Made by a program: the position numbers and the translations under genes. DNA of 63,998 bases, counting the filler, from an uncultured bacterium (lineage in GTDB: Bacteria > CAYJOG01), in the NCBI GenBank assembly GCA_964371695.1. It is 6 parts of 6 records of this genome, joined end to end, with 100 filler letters (N's around TTAATTAATTAA, not from the genome) between each part and the next. Parts side by side here need not be neighbours in the genome. Positions count along the whole stretch, not along the records: positions 35,590 to 47,147 come from CAYJOG010000045.1; positions 47,248 to 58,705 come from CAYJOG010000047.1; 4 more parts are not named here. One strand, given 5' to 3'. This document shows, in pieces, positions 38,609 to 47,485 of this stretch (position 1 is the stretch's first letter; every line of letters begins with the position of its first letter). Under the pieces are notes generated by a model that worked only from the letters and a program-made list of their open reading frames with translations, was not told where the DNA came from and searched no databases.

Positions 38609-39472
38609 TTATTTTCGCCCTGTGTCGCGGTGGTGCAAGTTCACGCGATAACCCGCCTCGGCCAGGGTTTTGGCCAGGTCTTCGCCCAGCACCACCGAGC
38701 GGTGCCGCCCCCCCGTGCAGCCGATGGCCACCGTGAGGTGGGGCTTGCCCTCTGCCACATAGTGGGGCAGCAGAAAGGTCAGAAAGTCCGTCATCCGCTG
38801 CAACAACTGGCTGCTCACCGGGCTTTCCATCACAAACGCCCGCACCCGTTCATCCTGACCCGTGTATTGCCGCAGTTCGCGGTCATAGTGTGGGTTGGGC
38901 AAAAAGCGCACGTCAAACACCAGGTCGGCGTCTTTGGGCAGGCCGTGTTTGAAACCGAAACTGACCACCGACACCGTGAGGGTCTGCACCGGCCCGTCAG
39001 TGCTGAGCCATTCCACCAGCGTTTTTTTGAACACCTGGGGAGTGAGGCCGCTGGTGTCCAGCACCAGATCGGCATATTCCCGAATGGGGGCCAGGGCCTC
39101 GCGCTCCAGGGCGATGCCCTCGCTGAGGCGTCCCGCGCCCGAAAGGGGGTGCTGACGCCGGGCCTCTTTAAAGCGGGCGATCAACACGTTTTCGTCGGCC
39201 TCCAGAAACAACACGGCAAAGGGCACTTCATCGGTGCGCAGTGCGTCCATTTCGGCCTTCAGGTCGGCGAAGAACTCCGCGCTGCGAATGTCCATCACCA
39301 CTGCCACCCGCGAGAGCGCCGTGCCGTCGCGCTGCGAAAGCTCCAGTATGTTGCGCAGGAGCGAAGGCGGCAGGTTGTCGATGCAGTAATACCCCATGTC
39401 CTCCAGACACTTGGCGGCGTGGGTTTTTCCGGCCCCGCTGAAACCCGTGATGATGATGAGCTTTTTCAGCAC
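38609..39472 (-). CDS. rapZ: RNase adapter RapZ / YvcJ
   Basis: TGFSGAGKT, DNLPP, SFGFKHG, DVRFLPNP, GCTGGRHRSV. Confidence 0.95.
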   Translation of the reverse strand: MLKKLIIITGFSGAGKTHAAKCLEDMGYYCIDNLPPSLLRNILELSQRDGTALSRVAVVMDIRSAEFFADLKAEMDALRTDEVPFAVLFLEADENVLIARFKEARRQHPLSGAGRLSEGIALEREALAPIREYADLVLDTSGLTPQVFKKTLVEWLSTDGPVQTLTVSVVSFGFKHGLPKDADLVFDVRFLPNPHYDRELRQYTGQDERVRAFVMESPVSSQLLQRMTDFLTFLLPHYVAEGKPHLTVAIGCTGGRHRSVVLGEDLAKTLAEAGYRVNLHHRDTGRK

Positions 39473-39695
39473 CCGCCAAGGCTAGCAGATGCCCACCGTT
39501 CACAGAACCACCCTATTCGGGAAATGGAGACAGGCTCCCCTCCTCGGTTCAAAAAAACATGCCGCAAGCCGATAATATGACTCAACCACACCAGAGCCAG
39601 TCTTTTAAAGGGTGCAAGCCGCATGAGCCGCGCCCCACCCATAAAACTTCGGTGCGACTTTTTTCTTTCAAACCCCAACAACAAAAAGGAATCGC

Positions 39696-42032
39696 ATGAA
39701 ACCACGTTTTTTCGCCATTTTTGCCCTGATTGCCGCCACCTGTTTTATCACCGGCGCCTTGTTGGTCACCCCCGATTTTCTTTCGACATTAACCAATGAC
39801 GGGGTCATTCAACCCAGTTACCTTCCCCTGATTCGTTTTTACCGGGTTTTCAGCGGAGGGGCCGGCCTGCTGCTGCTTTTTTCCGCCGCTGCCCTGGCGT
39901 GGCGGCCAGCGCAGTTTTTGTCCTGGATATCCGGTGTGGTTTTTCAGGATCCTGCACAATCCGAAAAAGGCGGCAGCGTCAAGCTTTTCCTCATCAGCTT
40001 CAGTTTCATGTATTTCGAGATCCTGATGCTGCGGTGGGTCGGCTCAGAATTCCGCATCATGGCCTTTTTCAAAAACATCATCATGATGGCGTGCATTTTT
40101 GGTCTGGGTCTTGGTTTTGCCCTGACCACCAGCCGGTGGCGGTTCAACAACCTGTTTGTGGTGCTGACAGCGTTGTTCACCATGGTCATGAACATGGGCA
40201 GCAAAAAACTGTTCCTGCTGGTTCACTCTCCCGGAACCGGAGACGAACACATCTGGACCACCGCAAGGCTGCTGGAATCCACGGGTTCCCTGATGCTGGA
40301 AAGCCTTCTGTTTTACGGATCGGTTCTTTTCCTTTTTCTATGGATTGCCTTTTTATTCATTGGCCCGGCGCAAATCGCAGGCCGCCTGATGCACCAGTTG
40401 CCGCCTCTCAAAGCCTATTCCATCAACGTTGCTGGCGGCTTGTTCGCCCTGGTGACGTTTTCTCTTTTGTCCTGGTTTTCAACGCCCCCTGAAATCTGGT
40501 TTGGCCTGGGGTTTGCCCTGGCGCTCTGGTTTTATCTTGAGGACAAAGCATGGTTTGCCCTGAGCGCTCTGGCTGCCGCAGCCTCTATCGGCCTGTTTCT
40601 CGGCAACCGCTATCTGGATATCCGCTGGTCGCCCTATTACAAAATACAGACCTCCGACAGTTATATGCCAGACGACAAGGGGAAACTGGTCAAAATTGGG
40701 TTTGAGCATTTTGTCAATGGAGCGGGGTTTCAGGAGACCCTGGACCTTCACGAAGTTCCATTGCCCGCCTACCTGAACCGCTACGACCTGAAATACAACC
40801 TGCCCTACCGCATCAAACCCGCCAAAGAGGTGCTGATTGTGGGCGGCGGCACGGGCAACAACGCGGCCGCAGCCGTGCGCAACAACGCCCAGCATATAGA
40901 CGTGGCGGAAATCGACCCCATGATTGTCCAGATTGGCCGGGAGATTCACCCAGAAAACCCCTATGAAAATCAAAAAGTCCACGTTTATATCAATGATGCG
41001 AGAAACTTTTTCAAGACCACCCACCGAAAATATGACCTGATTGTGTTTGGCCTTCTGGATTCCCACACGATGTTTTCCAGCATGGCCAGTGTGCGTCTGG
41101 ACAATTTTGTCTACACCAAAGAAAGCATGGCCCAGGTCAAACGCCTGCTCAAACCAGACGGCGTGGTGGTGCTGGATTTTGCCGTGGGTAAACCGTGGAT
41201 CGGCAACCGGCTGGCCCAGGTGCTGAAAGATGTATTCGGCCAGGAACCTCTTTCCACCCAGTTTGGCATGTTTGTGGCCGGACCCGGCGTGGCGGCAAGC
41301 ACGTGGTCTCGGCATCCCATTTTTTCAAACCCGCTTTATGCCTCAGGCCGGGCAGAGGCCGCCACCGACGACTGGCCCTATCTGTATCTCCGGGCAAAGG
41401 AAATTCCCGGCACCTATCTGGTGATGCTGAGCATTATTCTGGCGGCCTGCCTTGTTGTCGTTCTTAAAACAAGCCCGGAAACCAGAAAACCACAATGGCA
41501 TTTCTTTTTTCTGGGGTCTGGCTTTTTGCTGGTGGAGTTCAAGAGCATTGCAGAAGCGGCCTTGCTGTTTGGTTCGACATGGATTGTCAACGCGTTTGTC
41601 ATCGCAGGTGTTCTGTTGATGATTCTTGCAGCCAACGCTTTGGCCAACAGGCTGCAGAACATCAACCGGAATGTGTTTTATGTCCTGCTGATCTCAAGCC
41701 TTGTCCTGAATTATTTATTGCCCGTGTCCTCCTGGCTTGGCTCAGCGGATTACGTCACCAAGGGAATCGTCAGCAGCATTTTCCTTGCGTTGCCCCTCTT
41801 TTTTGCGGGCCTCATTTTTGCCGGCTCCATTCGTCTCACCACGCAAATCGGCGCGGCGCTCAGTTCCAATCTGCTGGGCACCGTGCTGGGCGGCATGTTT
41901 GAGTACGCCTCCCTGGCTGTGGGCATCCACCAGCTTTATTTGCTGGCGGGCATGTTTTATCTGCTCTCCTGGGTGGCCACGCTCAAGCAGCAGCCGAGAG
42001 CCCCTTTGCACACTGTGGCCGGGTCTTCTTGA
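39696..42032 (+). CDS. Multi-TM membrane protein with central spermidine-synthase-like SAM-binding domain
   Basis: Many TM helices, WSPYYKI, VLIVGGGTGN, EIDP, NDARNF, TDDWPYLYL. Confidence 0.85.
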   Translation: MKPRFFAIFALIAATCFITGALLVTPDFLSTLTNDGVIQPSYLPLIRFYRVFSGGAGLLLLFSAAALAWRPAQFLSWISGVVFQDPAQSEKGGSVKLFLISFSFMYFEILMLRWVGSEFRIMAFFKNIIMMACIFGLGLGFALTTSRWRFNNLFVVLTALFTMVMNMGSKKLFLLVHSPGTGDEHIWTTARLLESTGSLMLESLLFYGSVLFLFLWIAFLFIGPAQIAGRLMHQLPPLKAYSINVAGGLFALVTFSLLSWFSTPPEIWFGLGFALALWFYLEDKAWFALSALAAAASIGLFLGNRYLDIRWSPYYKIQTSDSYMPDDKGKLVKIGFEHFVNGAGFQETLDLHEVPLPAYLNRYDLKYNLPYRIKPAKEVLIVGGGTGNNAAAAVRNNAQHIDVAEIDPMIVQIGREIHPENPYENQKVHVYINDARNFFKTTHRKYDLIVFGLLDSHTMFSSMASVRLDNFVYTKESMAQVKRLLKPDGVVVLDFAVGKPWIGNRLAQVLKDVFGQEPLSTQFGMFVAGPGVAASTWSRHPIFSNPLYASGRAEAATDDWPYLYLRAKEIPGTYLVMLSIILAACLVVVLKTSPETRKPQWHFFFLGSGFLLVEFKSIAEAALLFGSTWIVNAFVIAGVLLMILAANALANRLQNINRNVFYVLLISSLVLNYLLPVSSWLGSADYVTKGIVSSIFLALPLFFAGLIFAGSIRLTTQIGAALSSNLLGTVLGGMFEYASLAVGIHQLYLLAGMFYLLSWVATLKQQPRAPLHTVAGSS

Positions 42033-42087
42033 GTCATTTGCGAAGCTGGGATCCGTGGTCTTTATCAAAATCTGACCCGGCCCCAGA

Positions 42088-43083
42088 ATGCGCGTCATGG
42101 CCCGCGTGCTTCCGGTGGACGACCCCAACGCCATTGAGGAGGCGGCAGCCCTGTTGCGCCGGGGAGACGTGGTGGCCGTGCCCACCGAAACGGTTTATGG
42201 CTTGGCGGCAGACGCCACCAACCCCCAGGCGGTGGCCAAAATTTTTGAAGTCAAAGCGCGCCCGGCCCACGACCCGCTGATTGTGCATGTGGCAGATACC
42301 GAAGCAGCCCTGGCGCTTTGGGAGAATCCTCCTGCTCTGGCCCGCCGGTTGGCGCAGGCCTTCTGGCCCGGCCCCCTCACCATGGTGCATCCCGCCCGGC
42401 CCGGCGCAGTGGCCCCCGCCGTAACAGCGGGGCTGGGCACACTGGCCGTGCGCGTGAGCGCCCATCCAGGTTTTTTGTCCCTGCTGAGGGCCTGCGGCCT
42501 GCCCCTGGCGGCCCCCAGCGCCAACCCCTTTGGCCAAACCAGCCCCACCACCGCCGCCCATGTGGCTTCGGCGCTGGGAGACAGGATTCCCCTGATTCTG
42601 GACGGCGGCCCCTGCCGGGTGGGCCTGGAAAGCACCGTGATCTCACTGGAACCCGAACTTGTGGTGCTTCGACTGGGGGGAGTTCCAAAAGAATCCCTGG
42701 AAGAAGTGCTGGGCCGCCCGCTGGCCAGCCGCATCAGCAGCAGCCAGCCGACCTCTCCGGGCCAGTTGTCGCGTCATTATGCGCCCCACACACCGCTATA
42801 TTTGATGCCCTCACCCGATGCCCTGCCCCCTCCCACTCGGCGGGAAAAAGCAGCCCTGATCTGTCCCCTGGCCAGCCAGTTGTCCCCCAGGGCGGCCTCC
42901 GGTTTTGCTGAAATCCGGGTGTTGAGCCCAAAAAACCGTCTCGAAGAGGCTGCGCAAAACCTTTATGGCACACTTTTGGCGCTGGACAAAAGGGGTTTTG
43001 AGGCCATTTTTGCTCTGAAAGCCCCAGAAGTGGGGCTTGGACGGGCCATCAACGACCGTCTCACCCGCGCATCTGAAAAATAA
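42088..43083 (+). CDS. sua5: L-threonylcarbamoyladenylate synthase (Sua5/TsaC2)
   Basis: PTETVYGLAAD, PLIVHV, FWPGPLT, AAPSAN, SPGQLSRHYAP, AINDRL. Confidence 0.95.
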   Translation: MRVMARVLPVDDPNAIEEAAALLRRGDVVAVPTETVYGLAADATNPQAVAKIFEVKARPAHDPLIVHVADTEAALALWENPPALARRLAQAFWPGPLTMVHPARPGAVAPAVTAGLGTLAVRVSAHPGFLSLLRACGLPLAAPSANPFGQTSPTTAAHVASALGDRIPLILDGGPCRVGLESTVISLEPELVVLRLGGVPKESLEEVLGRPLASRISSSQPTSPGQLSRHYAPHTPLYLMPSPDALPPPTRREKAALICPLASQLSPRAASGFAEIRVLSPKNRLEEAAQNLYGTLLALDKRGFEAIFALKAPEVGLGRAINDRLTRASEK

Positions 43084-43091
43084 AATCAATA

Positions 43092-43122
43092 AACTTGACA
43101 CAGGTTGACTAAGTTTTATGAT
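43092..43122 (+). promoter_or_regulatory. Sigma-70-type promoter of hsp20 with overlapping inverted repeat
   Basis: TTGACA 43095-43100, 16-nt spacer, TATGAT 43117-43122; AAACTT...AAGTTT. Confidence 0.65.
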
Positions 43123-43151
43123 GGTTGAAATAAAACTTTCGGAGGTTCACC

Positions 43152-43580
43152 ATGACACTCATGAAAAGCCACTTCCCCTTCAGCCACTCCCCCTTCAACC
43201 TTTTGTGGGACCTGCACAGCGACCGGTTTCCCACCACCGACGAAAACGCCCAGCTCACCCCCAAGGTGGAGGTCCACGAACAAGCCGACGCCTTTGTGCT
43301 GAGCGCCGAGCTGCCGGGCATCGCCAAAGAAGACATTGACGTCAAGGTTCAGGACGGCGTGCTCACCCTCAAGGCCACCAAAAAAGTGAGCGAACAGCGG
43401 GACAAGGGCACCGTGCATTTCAGCGAGGTGTCCTATGGCGAATATGCCCGTTCGTGGAAACTGCCCAAACAGGTGGATCAGGACAACATCCACGCCAGTT
43501 ACGAAAACGGCGTGCTGCGCCTGGAACTGAAAAAAGTGGAAGAAGCCAAACCCAAAGAGATTTCCGTTTCCGTCAAATAA
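43152..43580 (+). CDS. Hsp20 small heat-shock protein
   Basis: AELPGI, DGVLTL, YGEYARS, ASYENGVL. Confidence 0.95.
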   Translation: MTLMKSHFPFSHSPFNLLWDLHSDRFPTTDENAQLTPKVEVHEQADAFVLSAELPGIAKEDIDVKVQDGVLTLKATKKVSEQRDKGTVHFSEVSYGEYARSWKLPKQVDQDNIHASYENGVLRLELKKVEEAKPKEISVSVK

Positions 43581-43668
43581 AAAAATATCGGAACTTTTTT
43601 CTCTCACCGGCGTCTCAGGAACAGGAGGGGGCACAACCACCCCCGCCCTTCCCAAGGAGGCCCACACT

Positions 43669-44439
43669 GTGGACAAATACCCTCACATCCAGAACGAAAA
43701 ACAACTGCTGGCCATGGCCCAGCAGGGAGACCAGCACGCCAAGGACGCGTTGGTGCAGCGCAACCTGGGGCTGGTTCACAAGGTCGCCCGGCAATACTTC
43801 ACCCGATCCCTGAGTTATCCCGATATGGTGCAGGAAGGCATTTATGGCCTGCTCACCGCCATCAACCGTTTTGACCTGCGCAAGGAAAACAAGTTCTGCA
43901 CCTATGCCTGCTGGTGGATTCGCCACCACGTGAGCATGTACGCCGCCGAAAACCAGGACCTCATCAAAAAGCCCGTTTATGTGCAGCAGAAGATCGCCAA
44001 GATCAAGGCGGTGGAAGCCCGCGCCATGGCTGAGGGCCGCACCGCCCAGGTGGCGGAAATTGGCGAATCCCTGGGCATGCCCGACGACAAGGTGGTGCAT
44101 CTGTCCCGACTGCGCAAAGAGACCATGAGCCTGGAAGACCTGACTTTTGCCGACAGCGACGAAAAAGGGGAAAGTTTCATCGTGGGGCCGGACAACGTGG
44201 AAAACACCGTGGTGGATGACCTCACCGCCGACAGCCAGCGGGCCGCCCTGCAAGAAGCCCTGGAGGGCCTCACCGACATGGAGCGGCGCGTGGTGATGCT
44301 CAAATACGGCCTGCGCGACGAAGAGGAAAAATCCCTCAGCGAAGTAGGCCGCATCTTGGGCCGCAGCCGCGAGCGGGTGCGCCAGTTGCAGGAAAGCGCC
44401 CTGCGCAAAATGCGCACTCCCCTGGTGATGGCGGGGTAA
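43669..44439 (+). CDS. Alternative sigma-70 factor (regions 2-4)
   Basis: NLGLV, DMVQEG, KFCTYACWWIR, SRERVRQLQ; AAGGAGG SD. Confidence 0.92.
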   Translation: MDKYPHIQNEKQLLAMAQQGDQHAKDALVQRNLGLVHKVARQYFTRSLSYPDMVQEGIYGLLTAINRFDLRKENKFCTYACWWIRHHVSMYAAENQDLIKKPVYVQQKIAKIKAVEARAMAEGRTAQVAEIGESLGMPDDKVVHLSRLRKETMSLEDLTFADSDEKGESFIVGPDNVENTVVDDLTADSQRAALQEALEGLTDMERRVVMLKYGLRDEEEKSLSEVGRILGRSRERVRQLQESALRKMRTPLVMAG

Positions 44440-44455
44440 ACCGCATCCATCCGGT

Positions 44456-45050
44456 GTCATTCCCAGAGAAGCGGGAAGCCCGTTGTCAAAAAACACCACA
44501 CCTTATTCCTTGATTCTTTCAGTGGCACGGACACTCCTGTCCATGCATCAAACAAAAAATCCAAACCTTCTTCTTTGTCCGCTGCGATTAACCCGACGGG
44601 AGTAGTGGCGACGCCCCCGTCGCTGCAAAGGACAGAAACTGCTGATCTTGTTCTGGCTGTGGCGCGGCGGGGGCGTCGCGCCCATTGCTGTTAGGTTATT
44701 TGTAGCCCCGGCGTCTCGCCGGGAGTCAAAAAACCGCCGCAGGCGGCACAGCATAGAAGTTTTTCAAGGAAATAAAGCCAAAACACAAAAGGGTGCGCGC
44801 CTCCGGCGCGGCCAATACTCCCGGCGAGACGCCGGGGCTACGTTGAAAAACCCCTGCAATTCCTTTTATTTTTTCATAAATCTAACAGCAATTGGCGTCG
44901 CGCCTACTCGTTGGTGCTTACTAGCCCCACCGAAAGAGAAAAGAAAAAGGCGGTTGGCTTATGTAGAGCACGGACAAGAGTGTCCGTGCCACTGAAAACT
45001 GGTTTTTTGCTTATGCATTACTGGATTCCCGCTTTCGCGGGAATGACGGC
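44456..45050. repeat. Nested REP/MITE composite
   Basis: Concentric inverted pairs of several repeat families (see findings). Confidence 0.85.
44683..44893. mobile_element. ~210-bp MITE, copy 2, with 11-bp flanking direct repeat
   Basis: TIR CATTGCTGTTAGGTT / AATCTAACAGCAATT (13/15); GGCGTCGCGCC at 44672-44682 and 44894-44904. Confidence 0.8.
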
Positions 45051-45227
45051 GGATGAGGGTCAGGGCTTTTTCTTTTATCAACCTCCGGTCCGCCCCCTGT
45101 TTTCACCTTCCAGCATCCGCTTTCAAACAAATCTTACCAAGGGGTTGCCTTGGGTGGTTGAATTCGTATTATTCAAATTTGACTATTCACCCTGGCCTCC
45201 TGGCGGGGTCATGAAAGGTGGTTTGAC

Positions 45228-46931
45228 ATGAGCGAAATCGAACGCGAGGAGCTCCCGGTAGATGTACTGATCGTGGGCGGCGGTCCGGCAGGTCTTTCCT
45301 GCGCCATACACCTCAACCGGCTGGTGAAACAGCACGACGAGGACGTGGCGGCGGGCAAAAAGCAGGGCCAGAAGTTCGGCGACGAGTTCATGATCGCCCT
45401 GATTGAAAAAGGCAGCGACTGCGGCAATCACCAGCTCAGCGGGGCCATCATGAACCCCGTGGCCATGCAGGAGCTGATGCCCGACTGGCTGGAAAAAGGC
45501 GCACCCGTCGAAAGCAAAGTCAAAACCGACGAGGTGTATTACTTCACCGAAAAAACGGCGTTCAAGTTTCCCGTCACGCCGCCCCCCATGAACAACCACG
45601 GCAACTACATCATCTCGCTCGGCCGCATGGCCAAGTGGATGGCGGGGGTGGCCGAAGAAGAAGGCGTGAACGTGTTCACCGGTTTTGCGGGCCGCGAAGT
45701 GCTGTTTGACGGCGAACGCATCACTGGCATCCGCACCGGCGACAAGGGCCTGGACCACCACGGCAAGCCCCGCGCCAATTTCGAGCCAGGCATGGACATC
45801 ACCGCCAAGGTGACGGTGTTCGCCGAGGGCACCCGGGGCAGCCTCACCAAGGAGCTCACCCGCAAGTTTCACCTGGACCGGGGCGTGAACCCACAGATTT
45901 ACGGCACCGGCGTGAAGGAAGTGTGGGAGATCAAGCCCGAAAAATGGGTGGAGGGCCGCGTGATTCACACCATGGCCTATCCGCTGAAAACCGACACCTT
46001 TGGCGGCAGCTTCATTTACAGCTACCGCGACAACAAAATCTGCCTGGGCTTCATCACCGGCCTGGACTATAAAGACCCCTACGAAGACCCGCACCTGAAC
46101 TTCAACCTGTTCAAGAACCACCCCTTTGTGCGCAACCTGCTCGAAGGCGGAAAAATGCTTTATTACGGAGCCAAGACGATTCCCGAAGGCGGTTATGACA
46201 GCGTGACCAAACCGGTGCTCAGCGGCGGCCTCATCATTGGCGACAGCGCGGGGCTGGTGAACAACATGAAACTCAAGGGCGTACACAACGCCATCAAGAG
46301 CGGCATGGTGGCGGCAGAAAGCATCTTCGACGCCCTGCTGAAAGACGACACCAGCGAAGCGGGCCTGGCCAGTTACGCAGACCGTCTCGAAAAAACCTAC
46401 GTCAAAAAGGACATGAAGGAATCCCGCCATTTTCACCATGGTTTCAAGCGGGGTTTCTGGTTTGGCACCATCAACGCGGGTTTGCAGACGGCCCTCAAGG
46501 GCAAGTTCCCAGCCAGCCGCATTCCGGGCCACGCCGATTTTGACGTGATCAAGAAAATCGAGGACTACTACGGCTCGCGCCACGCCACGCCGCGCACCTT
46601 CAAACCCGATGGCGTGGTGACGTTCGACAAACTCACCAACGTCTTCAACAGCGGCACCAAACACGACGAGCACCAGCCCTGCCACCTGCAGGTGGCCGAC
46701 TTTGACCTGTGCGCCACCCGCTGTACCGAAGAATATGGCAACCCCTGCGAAAAGTTCTGCCCCGCCGCCGTTTATGAAATGGTGGACAACGCCGAGAACA
46801 ACCGCAAAGAGCTGCGGGTAAACTTTTCCAACTGCGTGCATTGCAAAACCTGCGACATCAAAGACCCTTACGAAAACATCAACTGGGTCACGCCCCAGGG
46901 CGGCGAAGGCCCCGTGTACGTGGGCATGTAA
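45228..46931 (+). CDS. Electron transfer flavoprotein-ubiquinone oxidoreductase
   Basis: VGGGPAGL, LSGA, AEGTRGSL, KTIPEGG, FCPAAVYE, NCVHCKTCDIKDP. Confidence 0.96.
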   Translation: MSEIEREELPVDVLIVGGGPAGLSCAIHLNRLVKQHDEDVAAGKKQGQKFGDEFMIALIEKGSDCGNHQLSGAIMNPVAMQELMPDWLEKGAPVESKVKTDEVYYFTEKTAFKFPVTPPPMNNHGNYIISLGRMAKWMAGVAEEEGVNVFTGFAGREVLFDGERITGIRTGDKGLDHHGKPRANFEPGMDITAKVTVFAEGTRGSLTKELTRKFHLDRGVNPQIYGTGVKEVWEIKPEKWVEGRVIHTMAYPLKTDTFGGSFIYSYRDNKICLGFITGLDYKDPYEDPHLNFNLFKNHPFVRNLLEGGKMLYYGAKTIPEGGYDSVTKPVLSGGLIIGDSAGLVNNMKLKGVHNAIKSGMVAAESIFDALLKDDTSEAGLASYADRLEKTYVKKDMKESRHFHHGFKRGFWFGTINAGLQTALKGKFPASRIPGHADFDVIKKIEDYYGSRHATPRTFKPDGVVTFDKLTNVFNSGTKHDEHQPCHLQVADFDLCATRCTEEYGNPCEKFCPAAVYEMVDNAENNRKELRVNFSNCVHCKTCDIKDPYENINWVTPQGGEGPVYVGM

Positions 46932-46960
46932 AACCAGCAGTCCGATTTAAAAAACGGCCA

Positions 46961-46989
46961 ACGGCTCCGGCAACGGGGCCGTTTTTTTT
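46961..46989 (+). terminator. Intrinsic terminator
   Basis: ACGGCTCC-ggcaac-GGGGCCGT followed by T run. Confidence 0.7.
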
Positions 46990-47485
46990 AACAAGCTCAT
47001 CCTGAATGTGGAAAAGGAAAACACCCTGAAAATGCCCTCTCCCTGAGAGCCTGTTTGAAAAGTGGGTTATGTGAAACATGGCCCACTTTGGACAGGCTCT
47101 TGCGGTCATGGATGACCGCATCCGAAAGCCGAAGCTTTGAAAAAGCGNNNNNNNNNNNNNNNNNNNNNNNNNNNNNNNNNNNNNNNNNNNNTTAATTAAT
47201 TAANNNNNNNNNNNNNNNNNNNNNNNNNNNNNNNNNNNNNNNNNNNNCGCCCCCGTCGCGCCACAACCAAAACAAAATCAAGGGTTTTTGCCCTTCACGG
47301 CGACGGGGGCGTCGCCGCTACTCAGGTAAACCTAACAGCAATGGACACCGCCGCTACTCCCGATAAAACAGGAGTTTATTAATATTTTTTCCAAAAGGTC
47401 ATTTTCGTGATGGGGCATTGAATTGGTAAAACCACAAAAAAGTTCTACCATTGAAACTTAAACCTTAAGAAAGGAGGGTCACCCA

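Noticed and set aside
44548..45231. Small ORFs inside the nested repeat block
   Set aside because: Translations of REP sequence (e.g. WIPAFAGMT, SRRDAGAT) that recur wherever the repeats occur
47248..47485. Leu attenuator or T-box upstream of leuA
   Set aside because: No Leu-rich leader peptide or T-box motif seen; the region is REP remnant plus AT-rich promoter DNA
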